Below, one piece after another: positions 16,600 through 25,920 of a DNA stretch of 37,462 nucleotides (position 1 is the stretch's first letter; the number at the start of each line of letters is the position of its first letter). The DNA comes from Pseudomonadota bacterium (GTDB lineage: Bacteria > SZUA-182 > DTGQ01). Both the position numbers and the translations under genes were made by a program. The stretch lies in NCBI GenBank assembly GCA_030605265.1, contig JAUWIR010000001.1, positions 1-37,462 on the forward strand, written 5' to 3'. The notes below the pieces were generated by a model, which made no database searches, was not told the DNA's origin, and saw nothing but the letters and a program-made list of their open reading frames with translations.

Positions 16600-17823
16600 T
16601 CAATTAAAAATATCGTCGAACAATGAAGGGATATTGGAAATATTAAAAGCTTTTTCTATTTTTTCCCTACCTTTTTGCCCCATCCTTATCCTTAACGCGT
16701 CATTTTCGATTAGTCTTTTCAATGCACAAGCAATTTGTTGTGAGTTTTTTTGATCAACAAGAAAACCTTCTTTCCCATTTTCTACTAACTCTGGAATACC
16801 AACTGTTTTAGTCGTAACGACAGGGAGTTTCATGGCCATTGCCTCCATTAGTGACACTGGTATACCCTCCCTCATACCAGCAGAAGTCACTATAGAAGGT
16901 AAAACAAAAATAGAGGCTTTCAATAGATTTTCCTTAACAACATCTTGCGGTTGACGGCCCATAAACGTCACACAATCAGTCAATTTCAAGGAAATATACT
17001 TCTCCATTAATATTTCCTTTTCTCCATCTCCAATAATATCATCGCCTATAATACAGCAATAAAATAAAATATTCGAGTCCCTGAGTATAGAACAAGCTTC
17101 TAGAAGATAATAAAACCCTTTTCTGCCTGTGAGTTGTCCAACGGCTAAAACTACTGGCGGGACAATTTTTGTAATGCCACCTGGACAATAAAAGGCATCA
17201 ATATTAATACCGCAATGAATAATTTTTATTTTCCTATCGAAACTGCGACCATACTTAGAAATTAAGTAATCTTTGTTATACTTAGATATTGTTACAGCAC
17301 TTTTACATCTTAACAATTTCGTCCCTAATATTAAAGGGTCAACATAGATGAGAGATGCATGCATTGTAAAACTATATGGTATGTATAGATATTCCGATAG
17401 GTATATTGCTATTGATGTTGGCCCGGTTAAAAAATGGGCATGAATATGTTCTATTGCCTTTTGCCTAAGCTTTAGATAGATATAACCTGCTTCAAGAAAA
17501 TGATAAAGGAGCTTTATTCTATCACGCCTCCCTTTAATTTCTGTTTCAAAAAAAATACTTTTTAATTGTCTAAACCAAATTCTTGGTTTAAAAAAAATCA
17601 ATACAATCTGAGCTAAAATTTTTTTAATAATTAAGACTTGATCGAGATATGAGGTTGTTTTATATAGCTCTGATGCCTCCTCAGAGACACATTCTTTTCT
17701 CGGTTTTTTCATCGATATAGTAATAATATCGTAACCAGCAGATTTTAACTCTTGAATTTCTCTGTATACGAAGGTAAGGGTTAGTGAGGGAATAGAAGTT
17801 GAAATATAAAGAATCTTTTTCAT
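16600..17823 (-). CDS. GT4-family glycosyltransferase
   Basis: I take the start at ATG 17823 (MKKILYISTS...). GRKGFYYLLEA ... REGIPVSLMEAMAMKLPVVTT..GIPELV is a classic GT4 EX7E region. The 45 codons upstream in the track ORF look non-coding. Confidence 0.85.
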   Translation of the reverse strand: MKKILYISTSIPSLTLTFVYREIQELKSAGYDIITISMKKPRKECVSEEASELYKTTSYLDQVLIIKKILAQIVLIFFKPRIWFRQLKSIFFETEIKGRRDRIKLLYHFLEAGYIYLKLRQKAIEHIHAHFLTGPTSIAIYLSEYLYIPYSFTMHASLIYVDPLILGTKLLRCKSAVTISKYNKDYLISKYGRSFDRKIKIIHCGINIDAFYCPGGITKIVPPVVLAVGQLTGRKGFYYLLEACSILRDSNILFYCCIIGDDIIGDGEKEILMEKYISLKLTDCVTFMGRQPQDVVKENLLKASIFVLPSIVTSAGMREGIPVSLMEAMAMKLPVVTTKTVGIPELVENGKEGFLVDQKNSQQIACALKRLIENDALRIRMGQKGREKIEKAFNISNIPSLFDDIFN

Positions 17824-18027
17824 ATAATTACAACTATTAAAGAATTTTATATAGACATAATTTCTATATGAAATAAAATTTAATGTACGTACTAGAAATA
17901 CCTGCGTTTCATATATTGATAATATATTCCTTGAAGTAGTCCTCCTTGATATGAACAATCAAACCTAAATCTGTTCCATGCATCAATAAATTTAAATAGA
18001 AACATTTGGTCTCTTCTAAGCCTTTTT

Positions 18028-18866
18028 TCATATTTGGCATACAAGATTAGGATAACCCCTCTCTTTCATCATTGAAAAACTTATTTTTTCAATTTCTCTA
18101 ACCATATTAGTTTCCATTTCTAATTGCCACTTTCCTTTATTATTTCGCATTATTGATGTTGTAGATTTTGCATCTCCTAAATTTTCACTTGGTTTGTGTA
18201 AAACAGCCATATTGCTTTCATATTTGACACCAATAAAATCACAAACAGATTTAAGTATACTTGGAGGATTTTCAATCAAGGACTCATAATTAAGCTCATA
18301 GTAATCCTCTTTCAAGTAATTAAAAGCATCCGATCGGCATTTCCGAATAGCATCAGTCCACATTTGAGCAGATCTGAAAGGGTTTTTATTCCAGGCTTTC
18401 ATATTGGAAAGGCAATGATCGCGAACATCTCTGACAATGTGGATAAACAAGGCTTTTGGAAATAATTCTTTGAGTAATTTTATATTTTGCATGTAATGAG
18501 GCGACTTATCTCCCCATATACTTTTACCCTCACATTCTGCGTATAATCTAAAAAAAGTACTTATTACCCCTGCGTATGAAAAAGTATCTATCTTTTCAAA
18601 CCAATATCTTTTATTAACTATATGAGAATATAATGGACCTTTTTTATCATTTTAAAAAATTCAACTTTGCTAATAAATTGGAAAAATGAATTAAAGTTTT
18701 CAGGAACACTTAAATCTCCAAATTTCGATACAGGATCGGCTAAGTGAGGAATGAAACTCGACTCCCAGAAAGGGATCGAAATTTTTGAGTGCTGAGAAAG
18801 AATTGTACGTAATAGTTTTGTGCCCGATCTTGGTCGCCCTACTATAAAAATTGGTCCTTTGAACAT
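18028..18866 (-). pseudogene. sulfotransferase (PAPS-dependent type) split by a frameshift
   Basis: The N-terminal ORF carries IVGRPRSGTKLL (5'-PSB loop). The downstream ORF, extended upstream in frame, reads ...YWFEKIDTFSYAG...WGDKSPHYMQNIKLLKELFPKALFIHIVRDVRDHCLS (3'-PB region). The frames switch within about 18620-18655, which contains a T6 run at 18640-18645. Confidence 0.75.
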
Positions 18867-18908
18867 GTTACTTTCCTAAGGTGTATTATTAGTTGCTTTT
18901 TCCAGATT

Positions 18909-20039
18909 TTATTGCGTAATTTTTTGTAAAATTTCGATTAGTTGTTGAATTACTATTTCAGGTGTATGTTCTTTTTTTATATATGATATTGCATTTTGGG
19001 ACATCCTGTATAGCAAGTCGCTCTGGTCATCGTTGCAAATTTTTTTTAAAACCTTTATGAACTGCTCTTCAGTTTTGACGCTTATGCCAATATTATATTT
19101 TTCAATAACTTGGTCGGGATCAAAAGATGAAAACACAGGTTTACAATTAGACCATGCTTGAAGAAATATATTTGGAAATCCCTCAATTAAAGAGGTACAA
19201 ATTAAAAGATCTGTGTGTTTAAAATAATAATCGATCTCTTCCACAGAAACATAATCAATATGAGTAAAGTTAGATAGACCGTTTTTTTGAGTTTGTATGT
19301 AATCATAAAAAGCGCTGTATTTGCTAGCTTTCCCTCCGATCATGGTAAAATGTATATTTGGGAACTCTTTTGCTATTTTTATATAAATCTCCGGACGTTT
19401 TATTGGGCTAATTGAGCCTACCCATAATACTTTCTTAACTTTTTTATTTTTTTTTAAAATATCTTTATCAGCTAGGTAAGGAAAAGGGATAATATTTTTT
19501 ATCACTTTCGCAGATAAGTTAAAATTTTTAAGCAATAGATTCTTTTGAATATTCGTTTGGCTAAGAACGATATGCGCATTTTTAATGCCATAAGCATATA
19601 TATATTTTTTTATATTAGATTTTATATATATAGTAGTATCCAAATTACAATCCATATCACTGGCTATAGCGTGAATCATTTTTTTTTTAAATATGTTACA
19701 AAATAAAGCAACAAAGCCGCTCTCATATTTTGCACCCCTAAAGTAATATATATCAGCGTTTGCTTTTTTCATTGCCCTGAACAGTTTTAATGTCTGAAAT
19801 ATGTTCTTGATATATTTTAACCCCTCATTCGGGTTGTAAGCTTTTATGAATTCAATTCCTTCGATCCACTCGTTATCTTTTGTTTTATCAGGTTTAACTA
19901 TAAAACAAATTTTCATCCCTCGTCTCTTCAGCTCACGAGCCAGCAAAGATTGTTGAAATTCGGCACCACCTATTGGTTCATCATATATCTGATTTCGAAA
20001 TGCAGAAATCGCATACGTACATATAAAGCAAATTTTCAC
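18909..20039 (-). CDS. GT4-family glycosyltransferase
   Basis: Probable GTG start at 20039 (VKICFICTY...) with GGAG 8 nt upstream. LICTSLIEGFPNIFLQAWSNCKPV is a GT4 E-x7-E-like region. Confidence 0.75.
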   Translation of the reverse strand: MKICFICTYAISAFRNQIYDEPIGGAEFQQSLLARELKRRGMKICFIVKPDKTKDNEWIEGIEFIKAYNPNEGLKYIKNIFQTLKLFRAMKKANADIYYFRGAKYESGFVALFCNIFKKKMIHAIASDMDCNLDTTIYIKSNIKKYIYAYGIKNAHIVLSQTNIQKNLLLKNFNLSAKVIKNIIPFPYLADKDILKKNKKVKKVLWVGSISPIKRPEIYIKIAKEFPNIHFTMIGGKASKYSAFYDYIQTQKNGLSNFTHIDYVSVEEIDYYFKHTDLLICTSLIEGFPNIFLQAWSNCKPVFSSFDPDQVIEKYNIGISVKTEEQFIKVLKKICNDDQSDLLYRMSQNAISYIKKEHTPEIVIQQLIEILQKITQ

Positions 20040-20474
20040 ATGAAAATCTCCCTGGTTTGTAGAGGCGTTTGAGCGTTTTAATACTCCTCCAGCCCCCACT
20101 AATTACAAAATTTCATCTCCATAAAGACGGCGTCCCCTGTAAATTAAGGGCTTTAGATGAATTGTAACTTTATGCTATGACCGTAACCCATTGATTTATC
20201 AAGTGTGATTTCAACCCTTAATTCGCATTTAATCCATACTTATACGCAAGATGCTCATATTTTAACAAACTGTACTTCACACGTTCATCCACATCTATGT
20301 CACACAGGTTGCTATCCTGTGAACAAACGGCCCCTTTCCAGGTTAAAACCCCTTCCTGGATTCCGCTGGCGCAAAGCCCTTTAATCCAAGCGTTAAGTTA
20401 TACGGCCCAGCCCCCGACGGGGTATTGCTTATCAGCAAGAAGATAGGGCAATGTAAAATCAATGAATAAAAGTT

Positions 20475-21887
20475 TCATTCGGATTCTGTATTTTGAAATT
20501 TAAGTCTGATGAGGTTAATATACATGGCGATAATCGGAAAAAGGTGCATATTATGATGATCCGGATAAATTTTTCTTCCGGAAATGGTGCCTGCCAAATA
20601 GTTCAGCAGGCAGACGAACAAAACCCATGCCAGAGGGGAATCTAATTCTTTTGCCAGTGACCATGCTTTTTTCAAAAAGAAAACCAGATAAACCATGACC
20701 AGGGAGAATATAATCAGCCCATTATCCACAAAAAATTCAATAAAGGCATTGTGTGCGCTGTTGGCTTGAAGGATATAGCCTTGGCGATATCGAGGGCTGT
20801 TCATCATGGAAAACCGGCCCACACCTAAAAACAACTGCCTGAGATTATGGAAGCGCTCCATCAATAGGGGCAGCCATATTTTATCTACCCTACCGGTAAG
20901 AACACTGTTCATATCACCTTTTTCAATGCCTGTAGACAACGTCCTTATCAAAAACCCCGGCAACCAGCAAATAAAAATTAAAGCAGACAGACCGATAAAA
21001 GAGAGCATAATGATTCTTTTTTTTAAAAAATAAAGCGTCAATATGATACCACTTAAAAAAACAATGATAGCGCTTCTTGACTGGAGCAATGCGACCGCTA
21101 CAGATGATAGAACGAAATTTGCAACAGAAAGCCTTTTACCAATCACCACTTGCCGGACCAGCAAAGGCGCGACAATAATATAGATACTTCCCACTGAGTT
21201 GTAATGCATTCCGAAAAACTTGCTGATCACATCATTGGTGGCGCCTCTTCCGGCGGTTATGGCTTTGATATTCAGCAAACCCACTATAACAACTGCGCAT
21301 GACAGCATAAAAATGGAATAACAGATTATATCAATGCATCTTTGAATATCTTCTTCTGTCCGAATGTGTTTTAAAATATAAAAAAAGGGGATGATGAACA
21401 AGGCGGGGCGTACCCACTCGGATAATAAATACCTCATGGGTGATCTGTGAAATTTGTCCGGGCCGAACATGACCAGCGTTTGCAAATAGCCAAGAGAGCG
21501 AAAAACCGCAACGCTGAATATTACAAAGTAGCTCGTCAGGAAAATCATACTTTTTTTTTCAATAAGATCTTCATTTTTCAGAAGACTTCCCCCAGAAAAA
21601 AAAAACATCGCAAATGTAAAGGAAGCTATTAAATTAAACGGTTTGGCCCCGGTCAGGCCCATGAGGTTTTTGGAAAAAAAGGGAATGTTGTAAAACGGCA
21701 TAATGAGGAAAAAAAAATAAAGGCTGTATTTTTTATCCCGCACTCCCAACCACGCGATAAAAGGTAGCAGGGCAAGCGCGATTCCTGCTTTTTGACCTGA
21801 AATAATGAGAAAACCGACAATAACGGATAGTAAAATCGTTAAAACGCAAGGTAATAAACTATTTGGAATATGTGTGTTTTTAAGCAT
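20475..21887 (-). CDS. Wzy-type O-antigen/EPS polymerase-like membrane protein
   Basis: About 12 hydrophobic segments. LQSRSAIIVFLSG and NSAHNAFIEFFVDNGLIIF (Wzy_C-like). Confidence 0.75.
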   Translation of the reverse strand: MLKNTHIPNSLLPCVLTILLSVIVGFLIISGQKAGIALALLPFIAWLGVRDKKYSLYFFFLIMPFYNIPFFSKNLMGLTGAKPFNLIASFTFAMFFFSGGSLLKNEDLIEKKSMIFLTSYFVIFSVAVFRSLGYLQTLVMFGPDKFHRSPMRYLLSEWVRPALFIIPFFYILKHIRTEEDIQRCIDIICYSIFMLSCAVVIVGLLNIKAITAGRGATNDVISKFFGMHYNSVGSIYIIVAPLLVRQVVIGKRLSVANFVLSSVAVALLQSRSAIIVFLSGIILTLYFLKKRIIMLSFIGLSALIFICWLPGFLIRTLSTGIEKGDMNSVLTGRVDKIWLPLLMERFHNLRQLFLGVGRFSMMNSPRYRQGYILQANSAHNAFIEFFVDNGLIIFSLVMVYLVFFLKKAWSLAKELDSPLAWVLFVCLLNYLAGTISGRKIYPDHHNMHLFPIIAMYINLIRLKFQNTESE

Positions 21888-21895
21888 ATTGTGCT

Positions 21896-23236
21896 TTATT
21901 CGAGGAGCGAGATTACCGGCCTGTATTTGCCGGTGGGATTAATCACCAGATCCTGCACTTCACTGACTGAAACATTCAGTTCGTAGTTGCTCTCATGCTT
22001 AATCTTTTGTATCAGCGGGCTAATGTCGCTTATCGATGCGCTGCCGCGAAGCTTGAGCCGGAGTTCAATATGGTCGATTGTGTCCTGAATTACCTGTCCC
22101 TGGATGAGCTCCGGATAATCTTTGAAAAAGTGAGGGAACATTTCGCCTGATATCATTCTACCGGACGGGGTTCTTACCAGATCAAGGCTTCTGCCGGTAA
22201 CGTTCTTGAATTGCAGCGATTGCCTTCCGCAAAAACATTTTTGGTCTGTTATCTGCCCCTGGTCCCCTATTCGGTATCGGATGAAGGGGAAGGCATGGTT
22301 TTCCAAGTCTGTAACCAGAATATCACCTTTTCCATACTCATCGGATTTTTCGATTTCAATAATGAATCTTTCCATGTTAATGTGCATACCTGTGTGGGCT
22401 TCACATTCGTGAGCCATGCTCCCAAACTCCCTGGAGCCGTATCGATTGAATACATGGTTTGATATGGTTTCCTGAATAATTTTACGCTGAAAACCATATA
22501 AAACCCCTGCCGAGGAAATCACAGCCGAAATTGAAAGGGGCTTTTTCCCCATAGTTTGCAGATACTTCCCAAACCCGTATAAAATGTTTGAGTAAGATTC
22601 AAGCAAGTATGGCGGATTCCTGAAGAGGTTACGATATTCAGCTTCGAACAATTTATCTCCGGCATTAAAGGCATCGATTGTCCTGAGGTTGTATAAATAA
22701 TTCCACAATAGTTTTTTTAAGTCTTCTGTTGTTTTCTGGACATCAGTGGGCGCCCCCCAGAGTTTTACATGGGGATATCCTTCTTTTTTGCCGCAGGTTT
22801 CAAATCCTCTGAGCGCAAGAGCGGCGGAAACAATTCTGCTATGTCTTGACTGGTAAAACACCAGGGGCTCACCGCTGGAGCCGCCAGTGGCATTTTTGCT
22901 GATTTCAGTTCGGGGATATTTTTCATTGATCAAATTGTTAAAATTTTCGCGGATAGTTCCCTTATCCAAAACCGGAAGGTTTGAGAGCATATCTAAAGTA
23001 AATTTCCGAGGATCTATCCCGGCCTGTGAAAAAATGCGTTGGTAATAAGGGCACCCGTTTGCCGCATTCTCAAAGAGCTGCCTGAGCTTCGTTTGTTGGA
23101 TTTTATATAACTGATCCAAAGACAAATATTCACCTTTTTTTAAATCTAGCGAAGCATTTCTTACCGCCCGGTGCCATTTGTTCAGTCGGCATCTGGCAGG
23201 ATAAATGATTCGGTTGGTTAATTTGGGGGGAAACAT
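21896..23236 (-). CDS. phenylacetate-CoA ligase / coenzyme F390 synthetase-like adenylate-forming enzyme (CapK-like)
   Basis: NATGGSSGEPLVFYQS, FNRYGSREFGSMAHEC and IRYRIGDQG follow the PaaK/CapK family pattern. Confidence 0.75.
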   Translation of the reverse strand: MFPPKLTNRIIYPARCRLNKWHRAVRNASLDLKKGEYLSLDQLYKIQQTKLRQLFENAANGCPYYQRIFSQAGIDPRKFTLDMLSNLPVLDKGTIRENFNNLINEKYPRTEISKNATGGSSGEPLVFYQSRHSRIVSAALALRGFETCGKKEGYPHVKLWGAPTDVQKTTEDLKKLLWNYLYNLRTIDAFNAGDKLFEAEYRNLFRNPPYLLESYSNILYGFGKYLQTMGKKPLSISAVISSAGVLYGFQRKIIQETISNHVFNRYGSREFGSMAHECEAHTGMHINMERFIIEIEKSDEYGKGDILVTDLENHAFPFIRYRIGDQGQITDQKCFCGRQSLQFKNVTGRSLDLVRTPSGRMISGEMFPHFFKDYPELIQGQVIQDTIDHIELRLKLRGSASISDISPLIQKIKHESNYELNVSVSEVQDLVINPTGKYRPVISLLE

Positions 23237-23312
23237 AAGGCATCACATCCAGTCTTCTGAAAGAAATTAATCCTATATTTACGCCATAAAAACAAATTTA
23301 TTATTTACCTTG

Positions 23313-23495
23313 ATCAGACTTCTGACACTCTTTGAATTTCAATGAACATTTCAATTAGGGTAACCCCGTATGTATACTGCGATAGACCCCGAAAAGGGGT
23401 TCCCATGAAATGTTCATTGAAAAATTACTCAAATAAGGTAACATTATTAAGTAATTAATGGAGCACTCCAGAACAGGGATGTCAGAAGTCTGACC
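23313..23495. repeat. nested inverted-repeat element (MITE-like or structured RNA)
   Basis: Outer 13-nt perfect inverted repeat: TCAGACTTCTGAC (23314-23326) with GTCAGAAGTCTGA (23481-23493). Inner 17-nt perfect inverted repeat: TTTCAATGAACATTTCA (23337-23353) with TGAAATGTTCATTGAAA (23406-23422). A central ACCCC-GAAAA-GGGGT hairpin lies at 23386-23400. Confidence 0.7.
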
Positions 23496-23545
23496 AATAA
23501 TATAAGGGCAATAAGTATGATATTATTGCTCCTACCGCTTTAGCT

Positions 23546-24570
23546 TTATTTTAATAATTTTATGGTATCTCCAATTCCTACTAAACTTGGTATTCTTGGA
23601 TTTTCAATGAAATCAAGTAAACGCCTGCCAACATACTTTATTCGTAAATTACTGTTTCCAGCAGAAGTGATTTTATTAATTTTTTTTAAATAGTTATCAG
23701 ATAAATATCTATGAAAATATTTTCTTTTAACTTTTATAGTATTGTCTGTAAAATAATACGGTTTTAATAATTTTTTATGAGTAGATAGATCATAAACTAA
23801 TCCAGCAGAACATTTATTCCATATCCTCTGTTTATATTTGTATATCACAAAGGTATATCTGTTAAATTAAAATTTCTGACAGCATTTAGATCTGGAAATA
23901 TAAAATTACCGAGTCCATAGGCAATTATACTCTGGTTATAATCTTCGACTGGTTGTATAGTATGGGCATGATGGCCTATAATAAGGTCGACACCTAAAGT
24001 TGCAATTTTTCTTGCAAGCCTAATTTACTCTTTTGTAGGATAATTGCAATGCTCTATCCCCCAATGTAACTGAACAAATATTTTATCAACCTTCCCGTTT
24101 AAAAATTTGGTATCTTTTTTTATCAATTCATAATCTATCGGTGCCGGACCAAATTTTAAATCTTTTACCTTAGAAATTTGATCATAATAATGCTTATAGC
24201 AATATCCCAGAATTCCTATTTTCAAATTATCCATATCGAAGATAACTGGGTTATTGTAATTGCCGGCAGACTCACCTGCACCAAAATATTTTATATTATT
24301 TTCTTCAAGAAAATTAATTGTATCAATAAAACCATCATTGCCGTAGTCCATTATATGGTTGTTGGCAAGTGAGACCGCCAGAGGTGGTTGTTTGAAAGTG
24401 CCCTTTAAGAATTTTCCTGAAGATTTTAGTACTACATTACCTTCTATCGGAGTATTACATTCTGTTAAAGGAGCTTCGAGATTACAAATCAAAGGGTATT
24501 TTTCCTATGGTATTTTATAAATTTTGTCTAAATAAACGTCTCCTATGAATAAAATCTTATTAAGTCCCAT
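23546..24570 (-). pseudogene. CapA-family (PGA_cap, metallophosphatase-like) capsule synthesis protein with two in-frame stops and a frameshift
   Basis: ATG at 24570 overlaps the flippase stop. The translation reads MGLNKILFIGDVYLDKIYKIP-TAG(24505-24507)-EKYPLICNLEAPLT...LANNHIMDYG...YPTKE-TAA(24025-24027)-IRLARKIATLGVDLIIGHHAH...GLGNFIFP. It stops at 23845-23847, and a different frame continues to 23546. Confidence 0.7.
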
Positions 24571-25867
24571 TTATTTGCACTCTCCCGGCTAAATAAAAAG
24601 CATGTAAAATAAAAAAAAGGTTCATAATTATCCCTGTAATTGAAAACAGGACGATAACAGGAAAGGCCTTTTGAAAAATATAATACCCGCTTACAATCGC
24701 CACAAACCGAAAAATAATATAAACACAATTAAAATACCAGAGAAAACGCAATTTTTGTTTTATTATATAAATTTGATTAGCCGGTGGATTAACAAATGCC
24801 AGGAATAACCAGGGCGCCAGTGCTTGTGCATATAACCCTGCCTCGCACCACTCTTTTCCAAAAATAAAACCAAATATCCATTTTCCCGATATTGTTAAAG
24901 CAGCAAAGGGTATAATCCCTATTAGAGCAAGCCCTAATGTGGTTTTTTTTAAATTATTGTATTGTTCACCCCCTTTGTTTTCAATTTCAGCGGATTTTTG
25001 AAGAAAAATTTTACTTATTGCCTGAGACATAAGATTAACCGGTCTTCGCAAAATCATATTTGCGAGTCCATATAACCCGACAACCTCTTGAGAAAAAAAA
25101 TACCCAAAAAGAAAAACCGGCAAATTTTGGGATATAGCGTTTATAAAGGCGGTAGGCATATTATAACGTGGAAATTTATTGTATTTACGCGCAACATCTT
25201 TAATTCCAGCTAACGTTACAATGTCCCTAATCTGGGGCAAAACATCTGTCAAAAAAATAACAAGGATTATGCTAGATACAATTGGCCCCACAATATTTCC
25301 AAGAATAAGCCAGAATGCTGTTGCCGGAAGCAGAATCCCTGCACAGATTTTGGTGCCTGCAGTTGCAAATGACATTAATACCGTTGATATGGAAATTTGT
25401 CGGAAGTTCTTTAATCTTGTATGAAGGAAGACAAATATATCTCTGCTGCTTACTGCCAAAACTGCAAAAGGAATAAATAATAGATAGTTTTCGTATCCTG
25501 CAAATCCGCATTTTTCAACTACAATTTTTTTTAAAGGTATAATAAAAAGTAAAAGCAAAAATGAGACAAAAACTGCTACAACCAAAGATAACGCAAAAAG
25601 ATCATATCCATTTTTATCTCTTTTAGGCAACACTATTGCAGTCCTGTATCTGAAACAGGCCATAACAGAAAAAATATTCGCACCCGATTGAATAAAAGTC
25701 ATAATGCCGAAATCTTTAGGCGAATAGAGCCTTGTGATAAGTGGAGCAGCAATAAAACCCACTACCTGAGCAGTAACATTTCCTGCAAGCATAGTTGTCG
25801 TGTTTTGAACAAATTTGCTTTCAGTTATTCGTTTTACAAAAGAAATTCCCAGAATTGCATTCATCAT
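24560..25867 (-). CDS. Wzx-type polysaccharide flippase (MOP superfamily)
   Basis: About 12-14 hydrophobic segments with a Polysacc_synt-like layout. I prefer ATG 25867 or 25864 (MMNAILG...) over the TTG at 25897. Confidence 0.8.
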   Translation of the reverse strand: MMNAILGISFVKRITESKFVQNTTTMLAGNVTAQVVGFIAAPLITRLYSPKDFGIMTFIQSGANIFSVMACFRYRTAIVLPKRDKNGYDLFALSLVVAVFVSFLLLLFIIPLKKIVVEKCGFAGYENYLLFIPFAVLAVSSRDIFVFLHTRLKNFRQISISTVLMSFATAGTKICAGILLPATAFWLILGNIVGPIVSSIILVIFLTDVLPQIRDIVTLAGIKDVARKYNKFPRYNMPTAFINAISQNLPVFLFGYFFSQEVVGLYGLANMILRRPVNLMSQAISKIFLQKSAEIENKGGEQYNNLKKTTLGLALIGIIPFAALTISGKWIFGFIFGKEWCEAGLYAQALAPWLFLAFVNPPANQIYIIKQKLRFLWYFNCVYIIFRFVAIVSGYYIFQKAFPVIVLFSITGIIMNLFFILHAFYLAGRVQINGT

Positions 25868-25920
25868 AATATATTTATTGTATTGAATGAAATACAAAGT
25901 TAAACTTTGTATTCTGTAGT

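Noticed and set aside
17824-17958. 5' extensions of track ORFs: 16600-17958, 29846-31471 (TTG start), 18909-20099 and 24560-25897 (TTG start).
   Set aside because: The extensions translate to non-family, low-complexity sequence. Internal ATG or GTG codons coincide with the start of family similarity (MKKILYISTS, MDDVQKEVHLLDYL, VKICFICTY, MMNAILG).
22206-22497. Track ORFs nested in or antisense to strong genes. Examples: 22206-22412, 22211-22462, 22267-22497, 2983-3174, 4359-4583, 4790-4981, 5526-5708, 7531-7749, 7974-8177, 9995-10198, 14166-14348, 20806-21033, 21447-21632, 24178-24372, 25179-25511, 25688-25903, 26529-26723, 28560-29389, 29707-29961, 30765-30971, 31530-31718, 32673-32909, 33348-33557, 35985-36242 and 36868-37077.
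   Set aside because: All lie inside longer ORFs that carry clear family motifs. Their translations are low-complexity or motif-free, and they lack ribosome-binding sites.
24505-24507. The in-frame TAG (and the TAA at 24025) in the CapA-like gene as stop-codon recoding or pyrrolysine.
   Set aside because: Two different stop codons plus a frameshift hit the same gene. All other genes in the window terminate normally with TAA, TAG or TGA, and nothing pyl-like is present.
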